A stretch of 64,000 bases of DNA from Candidatus Thiodubiliella sp. (GCA_029237605.1 JAQRGB010000023.1:87425-151424); one strand, 5' to 3'. Shown: positions 45,142-55,807, numbered from the stretch's first letter. Made by a program: numbers and translations. Notes: generated by a model not told the origin, from the letters alone.

Positions 45142-46255
45142 CTAATTTTTCTAATTGTGTTATCCAAGCGTCAAAACCTTGGCATTTTTCTCGTATTTTT
45201 GGCAGCCCAATCTCTTGTAAAATTTTTGGCGCACGTTGAGTTTTTATGTACTTTACATTCTTTTCAATAAGCTTAGATGGTACAGTTTCTTTAGAATTAT
45301 TGATTTCCTCTAAATCGTTAAACTCATTCAAAATATTATCAATCCAGCTTTGTAAAACATTAAGATTGTTTACCATAATTTCAGCGTCACCAAAAAGCAA
45401 TGCTTCAATTTCTGGCTCATATAATACAATGGTTTGTGGATGCAGCTCTTTGGGTTGTAAAAATAGCGTTGACATACAAATAAAGCGTGCCGTACCATCG
45501 GATAAAGTTTGTGCTGAAAATCCTAGATTACTTAAATCATTAAGATGCTGCCAACGCAAAATAATATTTTCCCCTTTAATATTAAAATTAAAATCTTGAA
45601 AATAAGAAGCAACTGTTTGTACTGCACTAAAAATATTTTTATAATCACTATTAAAATCTTTTTTTAATTTGTATAAAAATAGTGCTAAATTTGCAGCAAA
45701 ACTCGACAAATATTTATTTGCGTCAATGTTTTGATAAGATTTAAACTCCGAGGTTGTAGAAGTATCATGAAAATGATATAATTTGTACTGTTGTAAGAAA
45801 AATTTTGAATATTTGGCGGTGCTTTCTACGGTATGTTTTATTGAACTTTCGTCTTTACTATCAGTTGTTATTTGAGTACAAGGGTTAAAATACTTATTTT
45901 TGTTGTGAAAACTTGTTTGGTCGTAGTTGACAAATAAAGTGTCTGTCTCTGTATTTTTTTTGAGCCGTGAAAAATATCCATTACTGTTTTCTCCATCATC
46001 TGCAAGAACAGTGTCAATAATAATTTCTTTTGTTATTTTACTCCCAAAATGGAAAAATCTTTCAGATCCGTCACTTTGTTTAATATAACTTTGTAACCGT
46101 TGATTATAAACATTCTCAAGTAGCCTAAAAACAGAAATAAAATTACTCTTACCAGAACCGTTTGTGCCAATTAACACATTAATCGGTTTCATTTCTAAAT
46201 CCAACTCTTTAATAGATTTAAAGCCTTTGATTTTAATGTACGATAAATTGTCCAT
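45134..46255 (-). CDS. SMC/ABC-type (AAA_15/AAA_21-like) ATPase with aberrant C-terminus; possibly a deletion fusion to a DUF4276-like tail
   Basis: Walker A GTNGSGKSN, signature-like LSDGTARF, degenerate Walker B IVLYEPE. No H-loop region follows. The tail EIEALLFGDAE...KCQGFDAWITQLEKL resembles the C-terminal half of DUF4276 (from memory of the family). Confidence 0.6.
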   Translation of the reverse strand: MDNLSYIKIKGFKSIKELDLEMKPINVLIGTNGSGKSNFISVFRLLENVYNQRLQSYIKQSDGSERFFHFGSKITKEIIIDTVLADDGENSNGYFSRLKKNTETDTLFVNYDQTSFHNKNKYFNPCTQITTDSKDESSIKHTVESTAKYSKFFLQQYKLYHFHDTSTTSEFKSYQNIDANKYLSSFAANLALFLYKLKKDFNSDYKNIFSAVQTVASYFQDFNFNIKGENIILRWQHLNDLSNLGFSAQTLSDGTARFICMSTLFLQPKELHPQTIVLYEPEIEALLFGDAEIMVNNLNVLQSWIDNILNEFNDLEEINNSKETVPSKLIEKNVKYIKTQRAPKILQEIGLPKIREKCQGFDAWITQLEKLGE

Positions 46256-46258
46256 AAG

Positions 46259-47944
46259 TCACATTTTATCGGGTGCAGAAACGCCCAATAATCCTAAACC
46301 ATTTTGAATAATTTGCTTTGTGGCAATGATAAGTTTAAGGCGAGAGGCTTGCAAAGTTTTATTCTCAATCAAAAACTCACTGTTGTTGTAGTAACTATGA
46401 AAATCACCAGCCAAATCACGTAAATAATAAGCTAAAACATGCGGCTCATAATTCAGCGCTGCATTTTTAACCACATCCGCATAACGACTAAGTTGTTTGA
46501 TAAGCACTTGTTCGTATTTATTATTAAGTAGCGCTAAATCTGACACTTGATTATCTTGTGCTTTAGCAAGTACCGAGCAAATACGCGCATGTGCGTATTG
46601 AATATAAAACACAGGGTTTTCATTAGTTTTAGACTTTGCTAAATCCAAATCAAAATCCATATGCTGATCAGCTTTACGCATAATATAGAAAAAACGTGCA
46701 GCATCATTACCCACTTCCTCGCGCAACTCCATTAAAGTAACGAATGAACCACTCCGTGTTGACATAGCTACTTTCTTTCCATTTCTAAATAGATTGGCAA
46801 ACTGTACCAATAAAATTTCCAACTTATCAGAGTTATAATTAAGTGCATTAATTGACGCTCTAACCCTTGCTATATAACCGTGATGGTCGGCACCCCAAAT
46901 ATTAATTATCTTATCATAGCCCCTCTCAAACTTTTCTAAATGATAAGCAATATCCGAAGCAAAATAAGTGTGCATACCATTATCACGCACTACCACACGG
47001 TCTAAATCATCGCCAAAATTTGTAGCTTTAAACCAAAGAGCGCCTTCTTTTTCATAAATATGATTTGAATCCTGCAGTTTTTTTACAGTTTTGTTGTTTA
47101 ATCCACTATCTATTAAAGACTGCTCGCTAAACCATTGTTGATACTCAACACCAAACTCTTTTAAGTCAATTTTAATACTAGTTAGAATATTATTAATTGC
47201 TAAATTAAATACAGTTTTGTAATCATCATCAAGTGCTTTTTTACAGTTAGTAATCAAATTATCAATATGTTTTTCTTTATTGCCACCATCTTTTTCATCT
47301 TTACAAACGCCATCAAATATATCTAATTTCTCAATACCATTAATTTTCTTAGCAAGATCGATAATATAGTCGCCTTGATAACCATTATCTGGAAACTTAT
47401 CAGTTTCAACATAGCGCAAATAAACTGAAGTAGCTAGAATATCCATCTGTCGACCAGCATCATTCACATAATATTCATTGTCAACTTGATATCCAATAGC
47501 ACGCAATAAGTTAGCAACCGTTGCACCGTATGCCGCACCTCGCCCATGCCCCACATGAAGTGGCCCTGTGGGATTAGCAGAGACAAATTCCAACAAAACT
47601 AGTTGCCCAGCACCAACATCTGACAAACCATAATTCGCGCCTTGTTTAATAATATTTTTCACTACTAAAGAATTTGAGCTTTGTGACATAAAAAAATTAA
47701 TAAAACCTGGCCCTGCAATTTCAATCTTTTCCACCTCAGTAGAATCTGGAAAATTAGCAACAATCATTAAAGCTAACTCTCTAGGTGTGCACCCTGCTTG
47801 CTTAGACAATATCATCGCAATATTAGAAGCAAAATCACCTTGGGTTTTGTCCTTCGAATGATCAAGTCTGATATTTTCAGGAACACTCTCAAGAACACTT
47901 CTATCCACTAATGAATTTAAGGTCTGCTTTAATAATTTATGTAA
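46259..47944 (-). CDS. argS: arginine--tRNA ligase (5' end lost in adapter block)
   Basis: [13 protein letters not shown] and MSTR motifs. The frame stays open upstream of the ORF-track GTG (47908) up to a TAA formed at the adapter edge (47945..47947), and no plausible native start codon remains. Confidence 0.88.
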   Translation of the reverse strand, partial: LHKLLKQTLNSLVDRSVLESVPENIRLDHSKDKTQGDFASNIAMILSKQAGCTPRELALMIVANFPDSTEVEKIEIAGPGFINFFMSQSSNSLVVKNIIKQGANYGLSDVGAGQLVLLEFVSANPTGPLHVGHGRGAAYGATVANLLRAIGYQVDNEYYVNDAGRQMDILATSVYLRYVETDKFPDNGYQGDYIIDLAKKINGIEKLDIFDGVCKDEKDGGNKEKHIDNLITNCKKALDDDYKTVFNLAINNILTSIKIDLKEFGVEYQQWFSEQSLIDSGLNNKTVKKLQDSNHIYEKEGALWFKATNFGDDLDRVVVRDNGMHTYFASDIAYHLEKFERGYDKIINIWGADHHGYIARVRASINALNYNSDKLEILLVQFANLFRNGKKVAMSTRSGSFVTLMELREEVGNDAARFFYIMRKADQHMDFDLDLAKSKTNENPVFYIQYAHARICSVLAKAQDNQVSDLALLNNKYEQVLIKQLSRYADVVKNAALNYEPHVLAYYLRDLAGDFHSYYNNSEFLIENKTLQASRLKLIIATKQIIQNGLGLLGVSAPDKM

Positions 47945-47946
47945 TT

Positions 47947-47965
47947 AAGTCGGAGGCCAAGCGGT
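47947..47965 (+). other. MGI/BGI adapter fragment (first 19 nt of read-1 adapter)
   Basis: AAGTCGGAGGCCAAGCGGT. Confidence 0.8.
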
Positions 47966-48336
47966 TTCATATTATTTATAATTATAATTTTCTAAGAAGA
48001 TGAATAAAAATTATCAACTTCGCTATTAGAAATCATAGCAATCCAATTTATTGATTTCTTCTTTGTTTACAATATTATTGTTTTTAATAAGATTGTAATA
48101 ATCTTCATTTAACCATTCTTCTGAATTCCATATACCTACATATTTATAGTCTACTGGTGGGCCAAGCTTTCTAAATTAATTAATTTTACTAATTCAGTCT
48201 TAGTATTTTTTATCTTAAGTTCGGCAATAATAATAATTCTTTACAGCCATAAATGCATATATTCAGAATTAAGCTGGTTTTTAATTTTTTTCAAAATCTA
48301 TTTAATTATTCTTTTTTTTTATTATCATAACTTATA

Positions 48337-49581
48337 TCACAAATAATCTTGCTTAAAATGGACGCAAAAAATGGATAAATTGTTGGATTTTTTTAGAGCA
48401 ACACTTAGTAAAATACTTATAAATATACAATGGCTTTCTTTTAATTCTTCTTTTATCTTTGGTTTTTGTTTAATAAAAAATTTTTTTTTGAATCTTTTAT
48501 TTTCTATCTCATTTTCTAAACTATTGTCAAATTTATTTAATGCTTTATTCAAAATACCAGAGTTTGGGTAATTAACAGCTGATTTTTTAATAACTAATAA
48601 TTGCTTTCTTAAATCTTTTTGTAATTTATAATTATAAATAATATAATCTAGTTTATCTTTTTTTATTGACAAATTAACAATATCATCAGAAAAAAAGTTT
48701 TTTCACCATTTAAACGCATCCTTGGTTCGCTCAAAATTTTAGATAACTCTCTAACAATTACGTCGCTATCCTTTTTACTATTAGTAAAAATACAATAATC
48801 ATCTCGATATCTAATAATACGATAGTCAATATCCTTATCTAAACACTCACTCAAACGTTCATCGATATAACCTAGCACCATCTCAGCAATAAAATCCATC
48901 AAAATACTGCATTGTGGCGTACCGTTGGTTAGCCCATAATTCATACCTTATAAAGCAACATCAATATTATTACCTATGTTCTTATCCTTTCCATTCTTCT
49001 TTGCATATTCTTTAGTGCAAATGGCCCATGGCACTGAGTGCGTATAAATAGCACCATAACAATCAATTATATCAGTATGAAAAATATAATTGTATTCTAG
49101 CCCTAACTCAATTGACCTCTATTCTATTTGCTTCAACCATGCTGATATTTGTTCTTTTGTGCTATTTTCTTCTGATGACGCAATTGAAATACTAGTGCAA
49201 ACAATTTTGTCATTTTTTTTAAATCTATTAAATGCTAATCTGATAACATTCCAATTTTCTTTTTCAGTAATTATATGTACAAGATTTACATATAAAACTG
49301 GATGAATAAGCTGCAACAAACGCTATGCGTATTTACCATCTTTATTATTAAATAATTTGTAATTTACATCTTCATAATTGCTAGGATAAATATTCTTATT
49401 TTTGTTATTATTTTTATTTTTACGATAAATAGATGTGCCTTTTTCTAATTCTTCAAAGATTTATTATTATTAACGGCTCGAATTTTAAATAGGGTGGCAA
49501 GGACAATGATATGTAACTACTTTCCTTTAAAAAGAAATCTTGCGCTTCACTTTTATTAAGTTTTAATATGTTTTTACTCAT
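48337..49581 (-). pseudogene. decayed reverse transcriptase of the defence-associated (Abi/UG/retron-like) type
   Basis: Minus-strand reading from ATG 49581. RT motifs IFHTDIIDCYGAIYTHSVPWA, GLTNGTPQCSILMDFIAEMVL and RYRDDYCIF are spread over several frames, with at least 3 in-frame stops (after KYA, QIE, VAL) and at least 2 frameshifts. Confidence 0.7.
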
Positions 49582-49706
49582 GATTTATTTTTATAAACAT
49601 TACTATGATATCTAACTCTGGCAATTAAAATCGTCATTTTATCAAACAAACACAAAACAACGCGATAATTCTCAATACGATATTTCTTTAGCCTAGTAAA
49701 CTCGCC
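49578..49706 (-). pseudogene. RelE/ParE-type toxin remnant (C-terminal 42 codons)
   Basis: GEFTRLKKYRIENYRVVLCLFDKMTILIARVRYHSNVYKNKS* matches the RelE C-terminal pattern (YRIR-GDYRVIY...I..V.HR..VY). A TAA lies directly upstream. Its TGA overlaps the RT ATG (ATGA). Confidence 0.55.
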
Positions 49707-49809
49707 TTAAAAATAAGACAAATGATAGAATTAACAAAGTAGGTTTGGCAGTGCTAAATGACTGAATAATAGATAGGTTTAACGCAGTTTGTGGTAAAAA
49801 AATAAGCGT

Positions 49810-52575
49810 TTAATGAGCCTCTTGCCAAGAAATACCAATACCCACATCAGCTTTAAGCGAAATATCTAATTGGTAAGCATTCTCCATCAAGTCCTGTATT
49901 TTATTAAAAAACTCATCGGCTTTTGAGCTATTCACTTCAAATACTAATTCATCATGAACTTGCATAATCATCCTAATATCTGGATTATTTTTCCCAATCC
50001 ATACGTCAATATCAAGCATGGCTTTTTTAATAATATCAGCTGATGAGCCTTGCATTGGTGCGTTGATTGCAGTACGTAAGGCGTGCTGTTGTAACATTTT
50101 ATTCTTAGTATTAATTTGTGGTAAATAAAGTCTCCTCCCCATCACTGTTTCGACATACCCCTGTGCTTTTGCCAATTCTTTGGTACGTTCCATATAGTTA
50201 AGTACATCTGGATAATTCTCAAAATATGCGTCAATATAGGCTTTTGCTTCAGTACGTGAGACATTGATTTGCTTTGCTAAACCAAAAGCACTCATGCCAT
50301 AAATCAAACCAAAGTTAATCGCTTTAGCTTTTCGACGATGATTCTTAGTAACCTCATTAATTGGTATTTTAAACATAGTTGATGCAGTTGCACTATGGAC
50401 ATCTAAATTATTTCTAAAAGCTTGCAATAGATTAGCATCTTGAGAAATATGTGCCATAATTCTAAGTTCAATCTGTGAATAATCTGCTGCAATAATACTG
50501 TTGCCTTTGCTGGCAATAAAAGCACCACGAATTCTTGCTCCTTGCTCACTGCGAATAGGGATATTTTGCAGATTTGGGTTACTAGATGACAGGCGACCTG
50601 TGGCAGTAACTGCTTGATGATAAGAGGTGTGCAATCTTTTAGTATGTAAATCAATTTGTTTAGGAAGTGCCTCTAAATAAGTAGAATTTAGCTTAGTTAG
50701 CGTACGGTAACTTAATATCAAATCCACCAATGGATGGTCTAATAATTTTAAGGCTTCTTCATTAGTTGATGGCGCACCTTTTGGGGTTTTCTTTTTTGGT
50801 TCTAATCCTAAACCTTCTTCTGAAAATAAAATTTGTTGAATTTGTTTTGGTGATTCTAAATTAAATGCATCACCTGCCAACTCAAATGCCTGCATCTTAA
50901 TAATTTTCATCTGCGTAGTGACATCAAACTGTTGTTTACCTAAGGCATTCACATCCAACTCTACGCCATTGCGTTCCATTGTCACCAAAACATTAATCAG
51001 TGGGAGTTCTATAGTTTGATAAAGTTTATAAAGTTTGGCGTAATTTACTAATTTTTTAGCCAAAACTTTATTAAGTCTGTGTGTCACAATAGCATCTTCA
51101 CAAGCATATGAAGCAGCAACATCAATGTTAACCTGATTAAAGGTAATTTTTTTCTTTCCCTTCCCCGCAATATCTTCAAAATGAATGGTTGTATGCTTTA
51201 AATAATACTCAGACAAATCGTCCATATTATGCCGCGATACAACTGAATTCAAACAATAAGATTTAAGCATAGTGTCATCAGTAATGCCATTGAGTCTAAT
51301 GCCATAATTTGCCAGGACATGACTATCATATTTAAGGTTTTGTCCGATTTTACCAATACTTGTATTTTCCAAAATTACTCGCAATTCTGATAGTACTTCA
51401 TCAGAATTCAGTTGCGTTGGAGCATCCAAATAATCATGCGCAACAGGAATGTAAAAACTATCCTTATCCATCAAAAATACCCAACCAACAATTTTAGCAT
51501 TCATATAATCTAGCGAATCAGTTTCTAAATCAAAAACAAAACTCTCACATACCATCAAGCGCTTCACTAAAATTTCAAAACTATCCTGTGTAAATACTAT
51601 ATTTTGCGTGTATTCTTTTAACCAATTAGATTGTTTCTTTTCAATCTGTGGCACTTCATGACTTATTTCAGTTGTAGATAATTTTACCGACTCCACTGTC
51701 TGGATTGCCATACCTTGGTCAATGCTATCAAGTTGCTTAAGCCATGCTTTAAAGCCATATTTTTGATAAAGATTCATCAATTTATCATTATCGGCACCTG
51801 GCTCATTATCTAAAATATCACAAGGTAATTCTACATCAAATTTGAGTTGCACTAATTTATAAGACAAATCTAGTAGATCAAAATTCTCACGTAATTTTTC
51901 TCCCACTCTGCCACCGATTTTTTCAGCATTGGCTTTAACACATTCAATAGACTCGAACTGTTTCAACCATTTAATAGCAGTTTTAGGTCCAACACTTGGC
52001 ACCCCAGGAATATTGTCAGTACTATCGCCAGTGAGCGCTAAAAAATCTAAAATACGCTCAGGACTAACACCTATTTTTTTAACAACATCATCATGCCTTA
52101 ATAAATTACCCTTCATGTCCAACTGATGTATATGTTCGTTAATCAATTGCATTAAATCTTTATCGCCACTGGCAATAATCGTATCTAGCCTATGTTCTTT
52201 GGCACAAAGTGTTAGAGTAGCAATAACATCGTCTGCCTCTACACCGTCAACACACATAAAATGAAATCCCATAGCACGAATAATTTCATACAATGGCTCA
52301 ATTTGCATAACCAATTCTTCATCAGCAGGCTTACGATGTGCTTTGTACTGTGGGTAAATCTCATGGCGATGATTTTTACCTTTGGCATCAAAAATTGTAA
52401 TAATTTTCGCCTCAGGATATTGACTTTGCAAACGCCTAATAGCGTTAATCACACCAAACATCGCCCCTGTTGGAAAACCGTCATTGTTGGTTAAATTCTG
52501 TGAAATAGTAGCGAAATAAGCTCTAAATAAAAAGGCAGATCCGTCTAATAAAATAAGTTGATAAGGACTTCTCAT
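49810..52575 (-). CDS. polA: DNA polymerase I
   Basis: 921 aa, intact, with 5'-3' exonuclease, 3'-5' exonuclease and polymerase domains (DYSQIELRIMAH, QVHDELVFE). Confidence 0.95.
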   Translation of the reverse strand: MRSPYQLILLDGSAFLFRAYFATISQNLTNNDGFPTGAMFGVINAIRRLQSQYPEAKIITIFDAKGKNHRHEIYPQYKAHRKPADEELVMQIEPLYEIIRAMGFHFMCVDGVEADDVIATLTLCAKEHRLDTIIASGDKDLMQLINEHIHQLDMKGNLLRHDDVVKKIGVSPERILDFLALTGDSTDNIPGVPSVGPKTAIKWLKQFESIECVKANAEKIGGRVGEKLRENFDLLDLSYKLVQLKFDVELPCDILDNEPGADNDKLMNLYQKYGFKAWLKQLDSIDQGMAIQTVESVKLSTTEISHEVPQIEKKQSNWLKEYTQNIVFTQDSFEILVKRLMVCESFVFDLETDSLDYMNAKIVGWVFLMDKDSFYIPVAHDYLDAPTQLNSDEVLSELRVILENTSIGKIGQNLKYDSHVLANYGIRLNGITDDTMLKSYCLNSVVSRHNMDDLSEYYLKHTTIHFEDIAGKGKKKITFNQVNIDVAASYACEDAIVTHRLNKVLAKKLVNYAKLYKLYQTIELPLINVLVTMERNGVELDVNALGKQQFDVTTQMKIIKMQAFELAGDAFNLESPKQIQQILFSEEGLGLEPKKKTPKGAPSTNEEALKLLDHPLVDLILSYRTLTKLNSTYLEALPKQIDLHTKRLHTSYHQAVTATGRLSSSNPNLQNIPIRSEQGARIRGAFIASKGNSIIAADYSQIELRIMAHISQDANLLQAFRNNLDVHSATASTMFKIPINEVTKNHRRKAKAINFGLIYGMSAFGLAKQINVSRTEAKAYIDAYFENYPDVLNYMERTKELAKAQGYVETVMGRRLYLPQINTKNKMLQQHALRTAINAPMQGSSADIIKKAMLDIDVWIGKNNPDIRMIMQVHDELVFEVNSSKADEFFNKIQDLMENAYQLDISLKADVGIGISWQEAH

Positions 52576-52823
52576 AACTACGAATGATTAATAAAATAAC
52601 AGATTTTATTGAATTGAAATATTTTTAAACTCACGTCTAACTATTCCAAAAATATTTTGTAAAAGATTTTTAAGTTGATGAAAAACGATATTTTGGTGAC
52701 TATTCATAATTGTGCAAAAGCTTTAAATAATATAAAGTAAATTTTACCAACTTAACTTAAGATCTTTATATAAAAATATAATTGATTAAAAGTATAAAAT
52801 AGGTTTTATTTCGCCATACAATA

Positions 52824-53544
52824 ATGACTACACCTAAAATACTTATTAGCGCTCACAATATCAGTCTAACGCATCATGGAAAGAATATTTTGGACAAGGT
52901 GAGTTTTGAACTAAAGCAGGGTGAATTTATCACTGTCATTGGCCCAAATGGCGCAGGAAAAAGCTCACTTATAAAAATTTTGTTGGGCTTGATTAAAGCT
53001 GATAGTGGCAATATTAAATATGCAAAAAATATCAAACTGGGGTACACTCCGCAGATTTTTACTCCCAACCCATTTATACCGATTTCGGTAATTGATTTCT
53101 GCAATCTTAATCAAAAAATTGATCGTAATTTCTTGAAAAAAATAGCCAAATTAACGGAAATTGAAAATTTGCTAAACTCTCCTTTAAAAAGTCTATCAGG
53201 TGGTGAATTGCAACGCGTGTTACTAATGCGCTCGCTACTTAATAAGCCCAATATATTGATTTTAGATGAGCCCACACAAGGTCTCGATGTTAGTGGACAA
53301 AAGTCGGATCGTAGCCATGTCGTTCTGTGAGCCAAGGAGTTGTACAGTGTTGATGATCTCTCATGACTTGCATAGAGTGATGAAGCAGTCAACGCAAGTA
53401 TTGTGCTTGTATCATCATATTTGCTGTATGGGGAAACCTGGGGAACTTATTAAAGATACCCAATTTAATAATTTATACGCCGAACAAATGGATGAATTAA
53501 CTACAACTTATGAACATTATCACAATCACTGTCATAAAGACTAA
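52824..53544 (+). CDS. znuC: zinc ABC transporter ATP-binding protein ZnuC (frame broken by adapter block)
   Basis: GPNGAGKSS, LSGGELQR, LILDEPTQGLDV, then after the adapter VLMISHDLH, LCLYHHICC and a His-rich tail YEHYHNHCHKD. Confidence 0.85.
53301..53342 (+). other. MGI/BGI DNBSEQ adapter (full 42-nt read-2 adapter)
   Basis: Exact 42-nt match. It replaces the segment between the Walker B/D-loop and the H-loop of ZnuC. Confidence 0.92.
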
Positions 53545-53833
53545 CGTATGATCTTTGGATAAAAAAAATAGTGATTATAAAAATACTAACTAATCTTTAA
53601 TTCTAAATTAAATTATTGAATGAATTTTTATGATTAAACTAAGTTGTAAACTTACGATACCTTTATGTTGGTGTACTTAATTTTGATAAAAATAATTATA
53701 ATACTTTAATAAGACACTTTGTTTATAATCATACTTATGTTGCAAAGTAAAAAGAAATAATGTAGTGTAAATGCTAAAATTAACCTATCTAAAAACAGAT
53801 AAAACTTAAATATATCCATATTAAAACATATGT

Positions 53834-54493
53834 ATGAGAATTAAAAGTAAATGGCACAAAACCCAAATTAAAACCATTGATGATATTGGTGGCGCTATGG
53901 CATTTATTTGTTGGCGTATTACCAAAAGACCGCTTGGCCTCCGACTTGGATTTGTAATTGAAAAAAAACAAATCTTTGATATTATTGCTGAATACTTATG
54001 CTTTCTCATTCAATCCATTGACCGCCTTGTATTTAAAACACTCAGCACCGAACAACGACAAGAGCTCATTCACAAATTAGCCAAACAATCTGCTTTTTAT
54101 TACCAAGAAAACAAAACTGAGCGTATTGGCGAAGGTAACCATTGGAAAGCCTTTATCAATACCTACAATCAGCGCTCACAAGATTATTCAGACTACGATT
54201 TTATCGGCAATGAACCCAACTATCGCTTTTTAAGATACTTTGGTGAAAAAATCAAACTCGCTATGACCGATGTTGATGAAAAATGGATCGTACAACAAAT
54301 GGTTGAAATCCAAGCACCAAAAGCCTTTAAAAAAATTGCCAAAAGCGTTGATGACTTAGTATCAATCGATAAAATCATCTCTAAAGAAGAACAAATTAAA
54401 TGCAACAAAGAGAAAATCCCTCGCTCTAAGCGTCAATCTGCTAGAAAAGATATTAACTATAAAAACAAATCTTCAAGCGATAATCTCATCTAA
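53834..54493 (+). CDS. hypothetical protein (N-terminal region contains adapter fragment)
   Basis: 219-aa ORF with a Lys-rich C-terminus. No family recognised. Start uncertain because of adapter at 53926..53947. Confidence 0.4.
   Translation: MRIKSKWHKTQIKTIDDIGGAMAFICWRITKRPLGLRLGFVIEKKQIFDIIAEYLCFLIQSIDRLVFKTLSTEQRQELIHKLAKQSAFYYQENKTERIGEGNHWKAFINTYNQRSQDYSDYDFIGNEPNYRFLRYFGEKIKLAMTDVDEKWIVQQMVEIQAPKAFKKIAKSVDDLVSIDKIISKEEQIKCNKEKIPRSKRQSARKDINYKNKSSSDNLI
53926..53947 (-). other. MGI/BGI adapter fragment (first 22 nt of read-1 adapter, reverse complement)
   Basis: AAGACCGCTTGGCCTCCGACTT. Confidence 0.82.
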
Positions 54494-54505
54494 AAGATAT
54501 CAACC

Positions 54506-55807
54506 TTATCGGTTTACAACTACTTGCGTCAAGAACTTATAGACAATGTTTTCTAATTTAAGAATAAAGTTTTTCGGATTCTTAAAATCTATACCTAATA
54601 AGTCTATAGTCTTAACTTCAAAAAATTTAATCTCATCTCCCAATGATTTATCGAGAACAGAATAAGGTTCAGATTGTTCTCTTTCGTTAAACAAGTCTAC
54701 CAATGAAGAGTCAGAATTATTGCTCTTATTTCTAATATAAAAAGCATTTACAAGAATATCTCCCGTTGTTCCAGAGTCATTCTCAAATAACTTAATTAAT
54801 CTACTTGTCTGTGCCTGGGCTTTGCCATCAAATATAGATATATTGGTATAACATTTCACCGTTTGCCTTATAAAATCAACATCAACAAAGAACGAATTAC
54901 TCTTATCTTTATCAAGCATAAACTCAGAGGTTAATACTTTTTTAGTTTGCAACATATTCGTAACAGTTTCTTTTCTATTTCCTTTGGTCACTAATTCAAC
55001 ATATCGACCAAATCTAGCTGTCAATTGCAAACTCACATCCTTCTCTTCTTGAATATAAGAATCAATAATATAACTTAGAGTTTTCAAATCTATCTTTTGC
55101 TCTTTACTATAAAGGTGTATTTTGGTTACCGAATCCTTCCATTCTTTACCCATGTTGACATAATTATTAAGTTTTTTATGCCCATAAATAAATTTTTCTA
55201 GTTCATGAAGAATAAAAATATGGTCATCATCTTTAATGACATTTGCTCGAATAAGTCTTAGCGCTGAAACCCTCAAAAAAGCCCAAGACCAATGAAACAA
55301 ATCAAAACTTCTTTTCTTTAATTTAATAGGACTCTGTAGTGGACAAGTAACAAGTTCATTTGAAATTGTGATAATACTATTAATGCCAATCTTTTTAGCA
55401 AATCCAGCATACTTATCAACTTGTGAAATATCTAGTAGATTATTGCCAATTTTTACCTCTACAAAACAAGCCCATTCAATAATAGGGTTTGATTTTCCAC
55501 TAGTGACTACAAGCAGCCCATCTGGTCTACTATCTTTTTCAATATTTTCTAATTCAGTATAGGCATGTAAAGTGACATTTTTATTTTTAATCTTCTTGAT
55601 GCTAATTCCAGATAAGAGTTCTACTCTGTACTCTTTTACTGCACATAAAGATGAAAGAAATATTGATGTGGTAGAAACTTCATTATCAGAATTACCATTT
55701 GGAAATAATCTTGAACTTTTTAATTCAAATTCTTCCATAGTCGTATATTTGAACACTTGGTGTAAATCATTGAAACTTGTCTTCCCAAAATCTATTTTTT
55801 TAATCAT
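54506..55807 (-). CDS. hypothetical protein with PD-(D/E)XK nuclease-like N-terminal core
   Basis: 433 aa, intact. E...RPDGLLVV...FVEVKIG arrangement (D ... E-x-K). The C-terminal 250 aa are unassigned. Confidence 0.5.
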   Translation of the reverse strand: MIKKIDFGKTSFNDLHQVFKYTTMEEFELKSSRLFPNGNSDNEVSTTSIFLSSLCAVKEYRVELLSGISIKKIKNKNVTLHAYTELENIEKDSRPDGLLVVTSGKSNPIIEWACFVEVKIGNNLLDISQVDKYAGFAKKIGINSIITISNELVTCPLQSPIKLKKRSFDLFHWSWAFLRVSALRLIRANVIKDDDHIFILHELEKFIYGHKKLNNYVNMGKEWKDSVTKIHLYSKEQKIDLKTLSYIIDSYIQEEKDVSLQLTARFGRYVELVTKGNRKETVTNMLQTKKVLTSEFMLDKDKSNSFFVDVDFIRQTVKCYTNISIFDGKAQAQTSRLIKLFENDSGTTGDILVNAFYIRNKSNNSDSSLVDLFNEREQSEPYSVLDKSLGDEIKFFEVKTIDLLGIDFKNPKNFILKLENIVYKFLTQVVVNR

